NCBI GenBank assembly: GCA_963719225.1
Contig: CAVRAY010000002.1
Coordinates: 320,001 to 384,000 of the forward strand
Direction of reading: 5' to 3'
Length of the DNA: 64,000 nt
DNA from: Thermoanaerobaculia bacterium
Lineage (GTDB): Bacteria; Acidobacteriota; Thermoanaerobaculia; UBA5066
This document shows positions 13,839 to 24,797 of this stretch, piece by piece (position 1 is the first letter of the stretch; each line of letters opens with the position of its first letter). The notes beneath the pieces are model-generated. The model did not search any database. It saw nothing but the letters and a program-made list of their open reading frames with translations, and was not told the DNA's origin. Made by a program: the position numbers and the translations under genes.

Positions 13839-14641
13839 AACACTCGCCGCACTCGGCCCGTGTCCTCGCCGTCGCGAACCAGAAGGGCGGCGTCGGGAAG
13901 ACGACGACGGCCATCAGTCTCGCGGCCTGCCTCGCGGTCCTCGAGCGCGAGGTCCTCCTCGTGGACTTCGATCCGCAGGGGAACGCGACCTCCGGCCTCG
14001 GCGTCGAGAAATCCGCGCTGGTGCACACCTCGTACGACTGGCTGGGCGGAGGCGCGACGTTCGAGGAGATCGCGCGCGGGACCGACCTGCCGCACCTGAC
14101 GCTCGCGCCGGCGAACCGGCATCTCGTGGGCGCCGAAGTGGAGCTCGTCCACGAGGAGCGCCGCGAGAAGCGCCTCGCCGAGAAGATCGACCCGCTTCGC
14201 GAGCGATTCGAGTACATCCTGATCGACTGCCCGCCGTCCCTGTCCCTCCTGACGGTGAATGCGCTCGTCGCGGCGGACGGGGTCCTCGTGCCGATCCAGT
14301 GCGAGTACTTCGCGCTGGAGGGCGTGTCCGAGCTCCTCGCGACGATCGAGCGCGTGAAGGAGAGCCTGAACCCGCCGCTCTCGATCGCGGGGGTCGTCGC
14401 GACGATGTGGGATGAAAGGACGAACCTCTCGCGGCAGGTCCTCGAGGAGATCCGGAGGCATTTCGGCGCCGCCGTCTTCGACCACGTCGTCCCGCGAAGC
14501 GTGCGCCTCGGCGAGGCGCCGTCGCACGGAAAGCCGATTCTCCTTTACGACGTCAAGTCGAAGGGCGCGGAGGCTTATCTCGGGATCGCGCGCGAGCTCC
14601 TGCGGCGGGACGGCCGCGGAGCCTCCGCGGCCGGCTGCTAG
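13826..14641 (+). CDS. parA: chromosome partitioning ATPase ParA/Soj
   Basis: NQKGGVGKTTT, DFDPQGNAT, IDCPPSL, QCEYFALEG, EAPSHG; start may be GTG 13835. Confidence 0.96.
   Translation: MFHVKHSPHSARVLAVANQKGGVGKTTTAISLAACLAVLEREVLLVDFDPQGNATSGLGVEKSALVHTSYDWLGGGATFEEIARGTDLPHLTLAPANRHLVGAEVELVHEERREKRLAEKIDPLRERFEYILIDCPPSLSLLTVNALVAADGVLVPIQCEYFALEGVSELLATIERVKESLNPPLSIAGVVATMWDERTNLSRQVLEEIRRHFGAAVFDHVVPRSVRLGEAPSHGKPILLYDVKSKGAEAYLGIARELLRRDGRGASAAGC
13827..13842. promoter_or_regulatory. parS centromere-like site
   Basis: Perfect 16-bp palindrome TGTTTCACGTGAAACA. Confidence 0.95.
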
Positions 14642-14651
14642 GATCGCCGGG

Positions 14652-15515
14652 GTGATCGCTTCCCGAAAACCGGCGCTCGGCAAGGGCCTCTCGGCCCTCA
14701 TCCCTTCGGCGCGTGCGGACGCGCCGGCCCCGGCCGTGAGGGCCGTCGCGATCGATCTCCTGGACGCGAACCGCCGTCAGCCGCGCCGCCGCTTCGACGA
14801 CGCCGGCCTCGAGGAGCTCTCGCGATCCATCAAGAGAACCGGGATCCTCCAGCCCGTCCTCGTCACGAAGGAGGGGGCGCGGTTCCGGATCCTGGCGGGC
14901 GAGCGCCGCGTCCGCGCCGCGCGGCTCGCGGGCCTTTCCGAGGTGCCCGTGGTCGTGCGCGAGGGCGTCACGGACCGCGATCACCTCCTGCTCGCGCTCG
15001 TCGAGAACGTGCAGCGCCGGGACCTCACGCCTCTCGAGGAGGCGGAGGCGTACCGCCACCTCAAGGACGACTTCTCGCTGACGCAGGAGGACGTCGCCGA
15101 GCGCGTCGGCAAGGACCGTGCGACGGTGGCGAACGCCCTCCGGCTGCTCAAGCTCCCCGCGGCTGTGCGCGCCGCTCTGGAGGAAGGAGCTCTTTCGGCG
15201 AGCCACGCCCGCGCGCTCCTCGCGCTGCCGTCCGCGGCGGATCAGGAGCTGCTCGCGAAGGAGGTCGTGCGCCGCGGGCTGTCCGTTCGCGCGACCGAGG
15301 GGCGAGCGGCGGCGCTTCAGAAGGGGAGTGTGAAGAAAAGGCGATCCCGCGTGGTGGACGCCGATACGCGGGACGCCGAACTGCGCCTCGCACGCGTCCT
15401 CGGGACGCGCGTCGAGATCCGAAGGAAGAAGCGCGGAGGCGAGGTCCGGATCCGCTTCTTCTCCGAAGAGGAGCTGATCGGGCTCTACGAGCGTCTCCTG
15501 GGAGGCCGCAAGTAA
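14652..15515 (+). CDS. parB: chromosome partitioning protein ParB
   Basis: ALGKGLSALI, QPRRRF, AGERRVRA, ENVQRRDL, HTH VGKDRATVANALRLL. Confidence 0.96.
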   Translation: MIASRKPALGKGLSALIPSARADAPAPAVRAVAIDLLDANRRQPRRRFDDAGLEELSRSIKRTGILQPVLVTKEGARFRILAGERRVRAARLAGLSEVPVVVREGVTDRDHLLLALVENVQRRDLTPLEEAEAYRHLKDDFSLTQEDVAERVGKDRATVANALRLLKLPAAVRAALEEGALSASHARALLALPSAADQELLAKEVVRRGLSVRATEGRAAALQKGSVKKRRSRVVDADTRDAELRLARVLGTRVEIRRKKRGGEVRIRFFSEEELIGLYERLLGGRK

Positions 15516-15895
15516 TGAGCGCAAGAAAAGGCGGCGGCTCGCTGAACGGTTTCCTCGACCGCGGCGCGCGGCTGGAGGGAACTCTTTCGTTCGACGACGT
15601 CTTTCGCATCGACGGACAGTTCAAGGGCACGATCACGTCGGACGCGGAGCTCATCGTCGGGGAGGGCGGCGTCGTCGAAGGCGAGATTCGCGTGGGACGC
15701 CTCGCGGTCTCCGGCACCATCAAGGGGAGCGTGCACGCCAAAGAGCGCGTCGAGCTGCACGCCGGCGCCCGCGTCTTCGCCGACATCAAGACCCCGACGC
15801 TCGTCGTGGAAGAGGGCGCTGTGATCCAGGGCCCCGTGGAAAGCGGCCCGCCGAGGCCCGAAGAGCCAGCAACGCGGGCAACGCCTACAACCTAA
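15515..15895 (+). CDS. bactofilin (polymer-forming cytoskeletal protein)
   Basis: Beta-helix repeats (RIDGQFKGTI, VGEGGVVEGEI, LVVEEGAVIQG). Confidence 0.9.
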   Translation: MSARKGGGSLNGFLDRGARLEGTLSFDDVFRIDGQFKGTITSDAELIVGEGGVVEGEIRVGRLAVSGTIKGSVHAKERVELHAGARVFADIKTPTLVVEEGAVIQGPVESGPPRPEEPATRATPTT

Positions 15896-16018
15896 ACCTC
15901 TCTTTTATAGTTATTTGCAAAATTTACCCTTAATATGATAATTGTTGTTTCGGATGTTCTTCGAATGTCCGGTGTCAAGGGTCGAAGACCGCTCTGCGGC
16001 GCGCTTCGCGCGCGCACT

Positions 16019-16054
16019 CCGGGGGCTTACCTTCGGGCGCCCCCGGACCCCCGC
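16019..16054. repeat. REP-like GC hairpin, copy 1
   Basis: CCGGGGGCTTACCTTCGGGCGCCCCCGGACCCCCGC, near-identical to 24739-24777. Confidence 0.75.
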
Positions 16055-16293
16055 GTCCAATCAGGCAGAACGCGATGCATGCGCAGCCGCCGAACATGAG
16101 CAAGAAAAGCCCTCCTCATCTGCAGGCCCGAGAAGAGGAGTGAAATCGGGGCGCAACCGCAGGTACGCCCGCTCTCGTTTGACCGCGCGCCGCGCGCTGT
16201 GAGATAACGCCGCGGCCTGCGCAGTTCCGGATCCACGGCGTCGTAGAGTGGTTCGACGTCCGGCTTCGGGCCGGTGCACGCGACGCCGAGCAC

Positions 16294-16722
16294 ATGCAGT
16301 TACCCGATCTCTCGCTGCTTCTCGTGATGGCGATCTTCTGGGCGACGTACGCCGTCCTGAGGGTCTTCATCCTCAAGCCCCTCGGCGGGATCCTGGAAGG
16401 GCGCGAGCGCGCAATCCAGGAGTCGACCGCGGCGCTTTCCGGGATGCTCGAGAAGGAAAAGGAGACGCTGGCGGGAATCGACGAGCGGCTCACGCAGGCG
16501 CGGCGGGAGGCGCTGGCGGCCCGGCAGGCCGCGCGGGGCGAAGCGAACGCCAAGCGCCAGGAGATCCTCGAGGCCGCGCGCGAAAAGGCCCGCCGGGCGG
16601 CTCTGGAAGCCCAGGCCGGGCTCGAAAAGGACGTCTCTGCCGCCCGGTCGGAGCTCGCCAGGAACGCCCGCGCCACAGCCGTGGAGATCGCGTCGCGGGC
16701 GCTCGGCCGGAGGATCGCATGA
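16294..16722 (+). CDS. ATP synthase Fo subunit b'
   Basis: N-terminal TM helix plus coiled coil, LKPLGGILEGRE; precedes atpF. Confidence 0.88.
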   Translation: MQLPDLSLLLVMAIFWATYAVLRVFILKPLGGILEGRERAIQESTAALSGMLEKEKETLAGIDERLTQARREALAARQAARGEANAKRQEILEAAREKARRAALEAQAGLEKDVSAARSELARNARATAVEIASRALGRRIA

Positions 16723-17279
16723 CGCTCGGAATCGCGATCCGGTTCCTCGAGGAAGGGCATGAGGCGGCTCGCGGCTTTCTCGGTATCCCGACCCTCGTGT
16801 GGCAGATTCTCAACCTCGGCCTGTTCCTCGGGCTGCTTTGGTACTTCCTGCGCAAGCCGGCGGCCGACTTCTTCGGAAACCGGAAGGCCGAGCTCGCAAA
16901 GGCGCTCGCGAAGGCCGACGAGGATCGCCGGCGAGCCGAGCAGCTCTCGAAGGAGCTCGAGGCCCGCCTCGCGAGCATCGAGACGGAGCTCCGGAACCTC
17001 AGGGAGGCCGCCCGGCGCGACGCGGAAGCCGAGCACGCCGCGCTGCTCGAAAAGAGCCGTGCGGACGCCGATCAGATCCTGACGAGGACGCGTGCCGATC
17101 TCGAAAACCGCGTCCGGGCCGCGCGTGCCGAGCTGACGGCTTTCGCCGGCGACCTCTCCGTCGACCTCGCGCGCGAGCTTCTCCAGAAGAACGTCACGGC
17201 CGAGGACGAAAAGAGGCTGCTCCACGAGGGCATCGCGCACCTGACGGGCGCGGCCCAGGGCGGAGGCAGAACGGGATGA
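16719..17279 (+). CDS. atpF: ATP synthase Fo subunit b
   Basis: WQILNLGLFLGLLWYFLRKP followed by coiled coil. Confidence 0.92.
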   Translation: MTLGIAIRFLEEGHEAARGFLGIPTLVWQILNLGLFLGLLWYFLRKPAADFFGNRKAELAKALAKADEDRRRAEQLSKELEARLASIETELRNLREAARRDAEAEHAALLEKSRADADQILTRTRADLENRVRAARAELTAFAGDLSVDLARELLQKNVTAEDEKRLLHEGIAHLTGAAQGGGRTG

Positions 17280-17815
17280 GCGCCCGCGTCACGCGCCCGT
17301 ACGTCGACGCGTTCTTCGCCGTGGCGAAGGATCCGGCCGCGGAGCTCGCGGCTCTCGAGGCGTTCCGACACGCCTACGACTCGAGCCCCGAGCTCGGAAA
17401 GGTCCTTTCGAATCCCGGACTCGAGCGCGAGAAACGCGAGGAGATCCTGGGCGCGGTGGCCGCGCGCGTCGGGGTCCCCGAGATCGCGGGCCGTCTCCTC
17501 GTGATCCTCCTTCGCAACGGCCGGCTTCACTCGCTTCATGAGCTTCTCGCCGCTTTTCGGGCGCGGCTCGACAAGGACACTCAGGCCGTCGAGGCCCGCA
17601 TCGTCACGGCGAAACCGGCCGACGCCGCCGTGCTCGAGGCCCTTCGCGCGCTCGTCGCCGACCGGACGAAGCGGAGCGTCCGCATCGTGACCAAGGTCGA
17701 CCCCTCTCTTCTCGGCGGATTCGTCGTCTCGGTGGGAAGCGCGCGGCTCGACGCCTCCCTCGAGAGGCGGCTCGAAAAAGCCCGCGCCGCCCTGCACGCC
17801 CTCGCCCCGGCCTGA
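17276..17815 (+). CDS. atpH: ATP synthase F1 delta
   Basis: [24 protein letters not shown]. Confidence 0.93.
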   Translation: MSARVTRPYVDAFFAVAKDPAAELAALEAFRHAYDSSPELGKVLSNPGLEREKREEILGAVAARVGVPEIAGRLLVILLRNGRLHSLHELLAAFRARLDKDTQAVEARIVTAKPADAAVLEALRALVADRTKRSVRIVTKVDPSLLGGFVVSVGSARLDASLERRLEKARAALHALAPA

Positions 17816-17838
17816 CACCACGGAGAAAGAAGCACCAC

Positions 17839-19374
17839 ATGGCGGAAATCAGCGCTCAGGAAATCACCCAGCTCATCAAGGCCCAGCTCGCCGGCATCAC
17901 GCAGGGCGTGGACGTCGACGAGGTCGGAACGGTCGTGTCCGTCGGCGACGGCATCGCGCTCGCCTACGGCCTCGAGAAGGTCATGGCGGGCGAGCTCCTC
18001 GAGTTCCCGAACGGGGTCTACGGCCTCGCGCTGAACCTCGAGGAAGGCCACGTCGGCTGCGTGCTCATGGGCGAGACGAGCCTCATCAAGGAAGGCGACA
18101 CCGTCAAGCGCACGAAACGCATCATCTCGGTGCCCGTCGGCGAGGCGCTCGTGGGCCGCGTCGTGAATCCGCTCGGGCAGCCGATCGACGGCAAGGGCCC
18201 GGTCGCCTCGAAGGAGTTCTACCCGGTCGAGCGGCTCGCGCCCGGCGTCGTCGACCGCATGCCGGTCAAGGAGCCGATGCAGACGGGGCTCAAGGCCATC
18301 GACTCGATGATTCCGATCGGCCGCGGGCAGCGCGAGCTGATCATCGGAGACCGCCAGACGGGGAAGACCGCCATCGCGCTCGACACGATCATCAACCAGA
18401 AGGGCAACGGCGTCATCTGCGTGTACGTCGCGATCGGCCAGAAGAACTCCACGATCGCCCAGGTCGTCCAGACGCTCGAGAAGTACGGGGCCATGGAGCA
18501 CACGATCGTCGTCGCCGCCGCGGCCTCCGACCCGGCGCCGCTCCAGTACATCTCGGCGTACGCCGGCTGCGCGATGGGCGAGTACTTCATGTACAACGGC
18601 AAGCACGCGCTCGTCATCTACGACGACCTCTCGAAACAGGCGGCGTCCTATCGCGAGATCTCGCTTCTCCTGCGCCGCCCGCCGGGTCGCGAGGCGTATC
18701 CCGGAGACGTCTTCTACCTGCACAGCCGTCTCCTCGAGCGTGCGTCGAAGCTGAACAAGGAGAAGGGCGGCGGGTCGCTGACGGCGCTGCCGATCATCGA
18801 GACGCAGGCGGGCGACGTCTCGGCCTACATCCCGACGAACGTCATTTCGATCACGGACGGCCAGATCTTCCTCGAGTCCGATCTCTTCTTCTCCGGGCAG
18901 CGTCCGGCCGTGAACGTCGGCATCTCCGTGTCGCGCGTCGGCGGGTCCGCGCAGATCCGGGTCATGCGCGCGATCGCGGGCACGCTGCGCCTCGACCTCG
19001 CGCAGTACCGCGAGCTCGCGGCGTTCGCGCAGTTCGGCTCCGACCTCGACAAGACGACGCAGGCGCAGCTCAACCGCGGGCGACGGCTCGTCGAGATCCT
19101 CAAGCAGAACCAGTACGTCCCGATGGACGTCGCGCTCCAGATCGCCTCCGTCTTCGCCGGCACTAAGGGCTTCCTCGACGATCTTCGTGTCGAGGCGGTC
19201 CTGCCCTTCGAGACGGCGCTCCACGAATATCTGGGAACGCAGCACGCGCCGCTCCTCAAGGAGATCCGGGAGGCCGGGAAGCTCACGAAGGAGATCGAGA
19301 CGGCGCTCTCGTCGGCGATGGGAGAGGCAAAAAGGGTCTACCTGTCCTCGCGACCCGAGGCGAAGCAGGCCTAG
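17839..19374 (+). CDS. atpA: ATP synthase F1 alpha
   Basis: [23 protein letters not shown]. Confidence 0.99.
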   Translation: MAEISAQEITQLIKAQLAGITQGVDVDEVGTVVSVGDGIALAYGLEKVMAGELLEFPNGVYGLALNLEEGHVGCVLMGETSLIKEGDTVKRTKRIISVPVGEALVGRVVNPLGQPIDGKGPVASKEFYPVERLAPGVVDRMPVKEPMQTGLKAIDSMIPIGRGQRELIIGDRQTGKTAIALDTIINQKGNGVICVYVAIGQKNSTIAQVVQTLEKYGAMEHTIVVAAAASDPAPLQYISAYAGCAMGEYFMYNGKHALVIYDDLSKQAASYREISLLLRRPPGREAYPGDVFYLHSRLLERASKLNKEKGGGSLTALPIIETQAGDVSAYIPTNVISITDGQIFLESDLFFSGQRPAVNVGISVSRVGGSAQIRVMRAIAGTLRLDLAQYRELAAFAQFGSDLDKTTQAQLNRGRRLVEILKQNQYVPMDVALQIASVFAGTKGFLDDLRVEAVLPFETALHEYLGTQHAPLLKEIREAGKLTKEIETALSSAMGEAKRVYLSSRPEAKQA

Positions 19375-19394
19375 GGCAGCGCGGCGATCCGAAG

Positions 19395-20273
19395 ATGGCG
19401 AACCTCATCGACATCCGGCGGCGGATCCGGAGCGTGAAGAACACGCAGCAGATCACGAAGGCCGTGAAGATGGTCGCCGCGTCGAAGCTGCGAAGGTCGC
19501 AGGATCGCGCCATCGCGTCGCGGCCCTACGCGACGACGCTCGAGGCGATCCTGCGTTCGGTCGCGTCGCGCATCCCGCCCAAGGAGGACGGGGCGCCGCT
19601 CCATCCGCTCCTCGCGACGCGCGAGGAGAAGAACGTCGTCCTGCTCGTCGTGAGCGGCGACAAGGGCCTCGCCGGCGGGTTCAACACGAACGTGAACCGG
19701 GCCGTCGGAGCGTTCCTGCGCGAAGCGAAAGGGCGCGGCGTCGAGAACGTGCGCCTCGTGACGCTCGGCAAGAAGGCGAACGACTTCTGGCGGCGCCGGC
19801 CGGTGGAGATCCTCGAGGCGCGGACGGGGCTCGCCGGGGTCGGCGCCGGGCCCGCCGCGGAGATCGCCAGGTCCCTCGCGGCGCGGTTCGTCTCGGGCGA
19901 GGCCGACGCCGTCTACGTCGTCTCGAACGAGTTCCGGAGCGCCATCTCGCAGGTCGTGAGGACGAAGAAGCTCCTTCCGATCGGGCTCGAGAGCGCCGCG
20001 GCCGCGCCCGCCGGGGTGGACTACCTCTACGAGCCGTCGCCCGAGGAGATCCTCGGGATCCTCCTGCCGCGCTTCCTCGAGTTCCAGATGTACCGGGTGG
20101 TCCTCGAGTCGCAGGCGGCGTTTTTCGCGGCGCAGATGACGGCGATGGACAGCGCCTCCAAGAACGCGGGCGACATGATCGATTCCCTGACGCTCATCTA
20201 CAACCGCGCGCGCCAGGCGCGCATCACGAAAGAGCTCATCGAGATCGTCTCGGGCGCGGCCGCGCTCGGGTGA
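19395..20273 (+). CDS. atpG: ATP synthase F1 gamma
   Basis: QQITKAVKMVAASK, NRARQARITKELIEI. Confidence 0.98.
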   Translation: MANLIDIRRRIRSVKNTQQITKAVKMVAASKLRRSQDRAIASRPYATTLEAILRSVASRIPPKEDGAPLHPLLATREEKNVVLLVVSGDKGLAGGFNTNVNRAVGAFLREAKGRGVENVRLVTLGKKANDFWRRRPVEILEARTGLAGVGAGPAAEIARSLAARFVSGEADAVYVVSNEFRSAISQVVRTKKLLPIGLESAAAAPAGVDYLYEPSPEEILGILLPRFLEFQMYRVVLESQAAFFAAQMTAMDSASKNAGDMIDSLTLIYNRARQARITKELIEIVSGAAALG

Positions 20274-20284
20274 ATCAGGGGTAA

Positions 20285-21727
<1,443 letters not shown>

Positions 21728-21729
21728 CG

Positions 21730-22137
21730 TTGGAGGGGAAGCTCACGCTGACGGTCGTGACGCCGGAGCGCGCGCTGCTCCAGGACGTATCGTGCGACGA
21801 GGTCACACTGCCGGCGTGGCGCGGCGAGCTCGGCGTCCTGCCCGGGCACACGCCGCTCATCGCGCTGCTCGGAATCGGGGTCGTCGGATATCGCGACGGA
21901 GGCCGGCGCCAGACACTCGCCGTCCGCGGGGGATTCGTGGAGATCGCGGGCGACGCGGTGCGCATTCTCGCGGACGAGGCGGCGGCGCCGGAAGGCATCG
22001 ACGCGGCGAAGGCGTCTCAGGACAAGGCGGACGCGGAGAATCGGCGCGCGCATGCGGCGGGGGACGAGGAGCTGGACGCCGCGAACGCGGACGCCCGCTT
22101 CGCGGAAGCGCGCCTCTCGGTGCTCCGGCCGGCCTGA
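21730..22137 (+). CDS. atpC: ATP synthase F1 epsilon
   Basis: VVTPER, GELGVLPGHTPL, GGFVEI; TTG start. Confidence 0.95.
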   Translation: MEGKLTLTVVTPERALLQDVSCDEVTLPAWRGELGVLPGHTPLIALLGIGVVGYRDGGRRQTLAVRGGFVEIAGDAVRILADEAAAPEGIDAAKASQDKADAENRRAHAAGDEELDAANADARFAEARLSVLRPA

Positions 22138-22174
22138 GTCGGAAGAGAGCGAAAGGCGCAGCCGACGACGTCTC

Positions 22175-22294
22175 CATGGGGAGCCGCAAACCCCGGCACG
22201 GGGCTTGCGACAGTGGGAGGCAGGGCCCGGTGAGCGCCGAAAGGGCGCGCCGGGTGAAACGAACACCTCCTGCCTCCTACCAGGGCTCCGCATG
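22175..22294 (+). ncRNA. unclassified structured RNA / riboswitch-like element
   Basis: Nested stems found by eye in a non-coding gap; no family signature recognised. Confidence 0.45.
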
Positions 22295-22311
22295 ACGGAG
22301 CCCTCTTTTTT
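22282..22311 (+). terminator. intrinsic terminator after atp operon
   Basis: AGGGCTCCG-CATGA-CGGAGCCCT followed by CTTTTTT. Confidence 0.85.
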
Positions 22312-22352
22312 CCCCCTATCATCGGTCCCCGGATGAACGCGAGAGAGCCGGC

Positions 22353-23144
22353 ATGATGCTCGAGCGCGATCCCTGGTACTCCCAGTGGTTCGGGGAGGAG
22401 TACCTCGCGCTCTATCCCGAGCGCGACGACCGCGAGGCGCGCCAGAAGGCGACGTTCGCCCGCGAGCTCCTCGCGCCGTTCGCGCGCATCGGCCGCATGC
22501 GCTTTCTGGATCTGGCCTGCGGGACGGGACGGCACGCCGTCGCGCTTCACGAGGGACTCGGCGGGGTCGTCGGACTCGACCTCAAGGGGCGCCTCCTGTC
22601 GCAGGCCCGAAAGAGGAGGGAGGGGCCGGGACGCCCGCTCTTTCTGCGCGCCGACATGCGGCAGCTTCCCTTCCGCGCGGGAACGTTCGGCGCGGCCGTG
22701 AACTTCTTCACGTCGTTCGGCTCCTTCGAGGATCCCGCAGAGGACGCACGTTTCGTGCGCGAGGTGGCGCGGGTCCTGGCGCCCGGGGGCGCATTTCTCT
22801 CGGACGTCTTCAATGCCGAGCGCGTCGTCTCGACTCTGGTCGTGCGCGAGGTGAAGACCGTGGCGGGCGAGCGCGTGAGCATCCGCCGACGGTACGATCC
22901 CTCGAGCAGGCGCGTGGAGAAGGAGATCGAGATGGGCTCGGGCGAAAAAAAGCGCCTCTTTTCGGAACGCGCCCGGGCCTACACGGAGTACGAGCTCCGG
23001 GGCTTTCACCGCGCGGCCTCTCTCACGGTGCGCGCGGCCTACGGCAACTTCGACGGATCGCCGTTCGACCGGCGGAAGTCGCCGCGCCTGATTCTTCTCG
23101 CCGTGAAGGGCGCGGCGAAGGCCCGCGCCGAGAGTGAGCGGTGA
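22353..23144 (+). CDS. class I SAM-dependent methyltransferase, candidate bacillithiol N-methyltransferase (NmbA-like)
   Basis: LDLACGTGRH, ADMR, FFTSFG, LAPGG; stop overlaps bshC start. Confidence 0.85.
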   Translation: MMLERDPWYSQWFGEEYLALYPERDDREARQKATFARELLAPFARIGRMRFLDLACGTGRHAVALHEGLGGVVGLDLKGRLLSQARKRREGPGRPLFLRADMRQLPFRAGTFGAAVNFFTSFGSFEDPAEDARFVREVARVLAPGGAFLSDVFNAERVVSTLVVREVKTVAGERVSIRRRYDPSSRRVEKEIEMGSGEKKRLFSERARAYTEYELRGFHRAASLTVRAAYGNFDGSPFDRRKSPRLILLAVKGAAKARAESER

Positions 23145-24709
23145 CGACGATTCCGCTCGCGCGCCTTCCGGGGATCCCCGCCCTCGCGCGCGGCCTCGCG
23201 ACGGGTACGCCGGACGTTTCGGCGTTTCTCCCGGACCGGCCGGAGCTCGAGACGATCGTGGAGAGAGCCCGCGCGGTCCTCGCCGCGTTCCAGCCGCGGG
23301 TCGTGGCGCGCGATACCGAGCCGAGACTCGCGGCGCTCGCGTGTGGCGAAGCTTCCGCGGTGTTCGCGGGGCAGCAGGCGGGTCTCTTCGGCGGTCCGCT
23401 CCTCACTCTCGTGAAGGCGCTCGCCGCGGAAAAGCTCGCCGCCCACGTCGAGGGCGCGGGGACCGCCGCCCGGCCCGCCTTCTGGTGCGCATCCGAGGAC
23501 CACGACCTCGTGGAGGTCACGCGCCTCGTCCTGCCCGGTCCGGACGGCACGGTGGATGTCGGCCCCGACGCCTCCTCCCTCACGGAAAACAAATCGCCCG
23601 TCGGAACGCTCCCGGTCGGTGTCGAAACCGGGGCACTCGTCGCGAAAGCCGTGGCTTCTCTCGCCGTTCCGCCGGACGGAGAGGCGCTCGCCGCGCTGAC
23701 GGCCGCGCACGCGGGGAGGACTTTCTTCGAGGCTTTCTCGGTGACGCTCGGATGGCTCCTCGGCGGAACGGTCCCGATCGTCGACGCGGCCGACCCCGCC
23801 GACAAACCGGCCCTCGTGCCGCTCGCCTGTCGACTCGTGCGTGAGAGGGCCGCGGTCAAGAAGCTCCTGAAGGAGCGCGACGAGGCTCTCGAGGCCGCGG
23901 GCCATCCGCTTCAGGTCACGTCCGACCCCGCGGCCCTGCCGCTCTTCGCGCGCGTCGGGCGCGAGCGGCTTCTGCTTCTCGAGACGGGCTCGAAGATTTC
24001 TCTCAAGGGAGGCGAGGAGTCGTACGAAGCCGAGGAAGTCGTCGAGCGCTTTGAGAGCGGCGCCTGGCTGCCTTCCTTCTCGGCGCTCACGCGGCCGCTC
24101 GCCGCCTCCGTTCTTTTCCCCGTTGCCGCGACGGTCCTGGGTCCGGCCGAGATCGCGTACTGGGCCCAGGCCTGGCCCCTCTTCTCGTGGGCTGGAATCG
24201 TCCCGCCCGTGACGGTTCCGCGACCCATGGTGGCGCTGGTGCCGGCCGCGACGGCGCGCGTTCTCTCGAAGCTCGGTCTGTCTCTCGAGGACGTCCTCGC
24301 GGGCGAAGAGGCGATGCTCCGCAAGAAGGGTGCGGGAGAGGCGCAGCCGCTGCTGGAACGTCTCACGGCGATCCGGGAGAATGCGATCCGCGCGATCGAC
24401 GCCGAAGAGCCGGCGCTCCGTGCGATCGACTCCTCCCTTCAGAAGGCGGTCCGGACGACGCGCGAAAAGACGAGCTTCGCTCTCGAGAAGCTCGTCGAAA
24501 AGACCGCAGCGGCGGCGGGACGCGCGGACGAGCGGACGGCGGCGCAGGTGAAGAGGCTCGCGGAGGAGATTCTGCCGGGCGGCGTCCTCGCCGAGCGGGC
24601 GTACTCGGTGCTGCCCTACGTCCTCAAGTTCGGCCGCGAGGCGGTCGTGGGGGCGCTCCGCCGGGAGCTCCGCTGGAACGAGCCGGGTCTCCAGGTGATT
24701 CCGCTGTGA
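23141..24709 (+). CDS. bshC: bacillithiol cysteine-adding enzyme BshC
   Basis: GQQAGLFGGPL, FWCASEDHD, SALTRPL, GPAEIAYW, LAER. Confidence 0.92.
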   Translation: MTTIPLARLPGIPALARGLATGTPDVSAFLPDRPELETIVERARAVLAAFQPRVVARDTEPRLAALACGEASAVFAGQQAGLFGGPLLTLVKALAAEKLAAHVEGAGTAARPAFWCASEDHDLVEVTRLVLPGPDGTVDVGPDASSLTENKSPVGTLPVGVETGALVAKAVASLAVPPDGEALAALTAAHAGRTFFEAFSVTLGWLLGGTVPIVDAADPADKPALVPLACRLVRERAAVKKLLKERDEALEAAGHPLQVTSDPAALPLFARVGRERLLLLETGSKISLKGGEESYEAEEVVERFESGAWLPSFSALTRPLAASVLFPVAATVLGPAEIAYWAQAWPLFSWAGIVPPVTVPRPMVALVPAATARVLSKLGLSLEDVLAGEEAMLRKKGAGEAQPLLERLTAIRENAIRAIDAEEPALRAIDSSLQKAVRTTREKTSFALEKLVEKTAAAAGRADERTAAQVKRLAEEILPGGVLAERAYSVLPYVLKFGREAVVGALRRELRWNEPGLQVIPL

Positions 24710-24738
24710 AGGTCACACCCGTCGACGTCCTCGGCTCG

Positions 24739-24777
24739 CCGGGGGGCTTGCCTTCGGGCGCCCCCCGGGCCCCCCGC
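24739..24777. repeat. REP-like GC hairpin, copy 2
   Basis: CCGGGGGGCTTGCCTTCGGGCGCCCCCCGGGCCCCCCGC. Confidence 0.75.
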
Positions 24778-24797
24778 CGAAGAGGCTGGAGGAAGAC

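Noticed and set aside
15920-15950. Possible dif site
   Set aside because: Only weak similarity to the XerD arm, no XerC arm, and the location is next to oriC
15942-16293. Small ORFs (possible atpI/atpZ) upstream of b'
   Set aside because: Translations lack TM helices and span a REP-like hairpin
22175-22294. Calling the structured element SRP (4.5S) RNA or 6S RNA
   Set aside because: Lacks the SRP helix-8 CAGG...GNRA...AGCAG signature and the long 6S rod with central bubble
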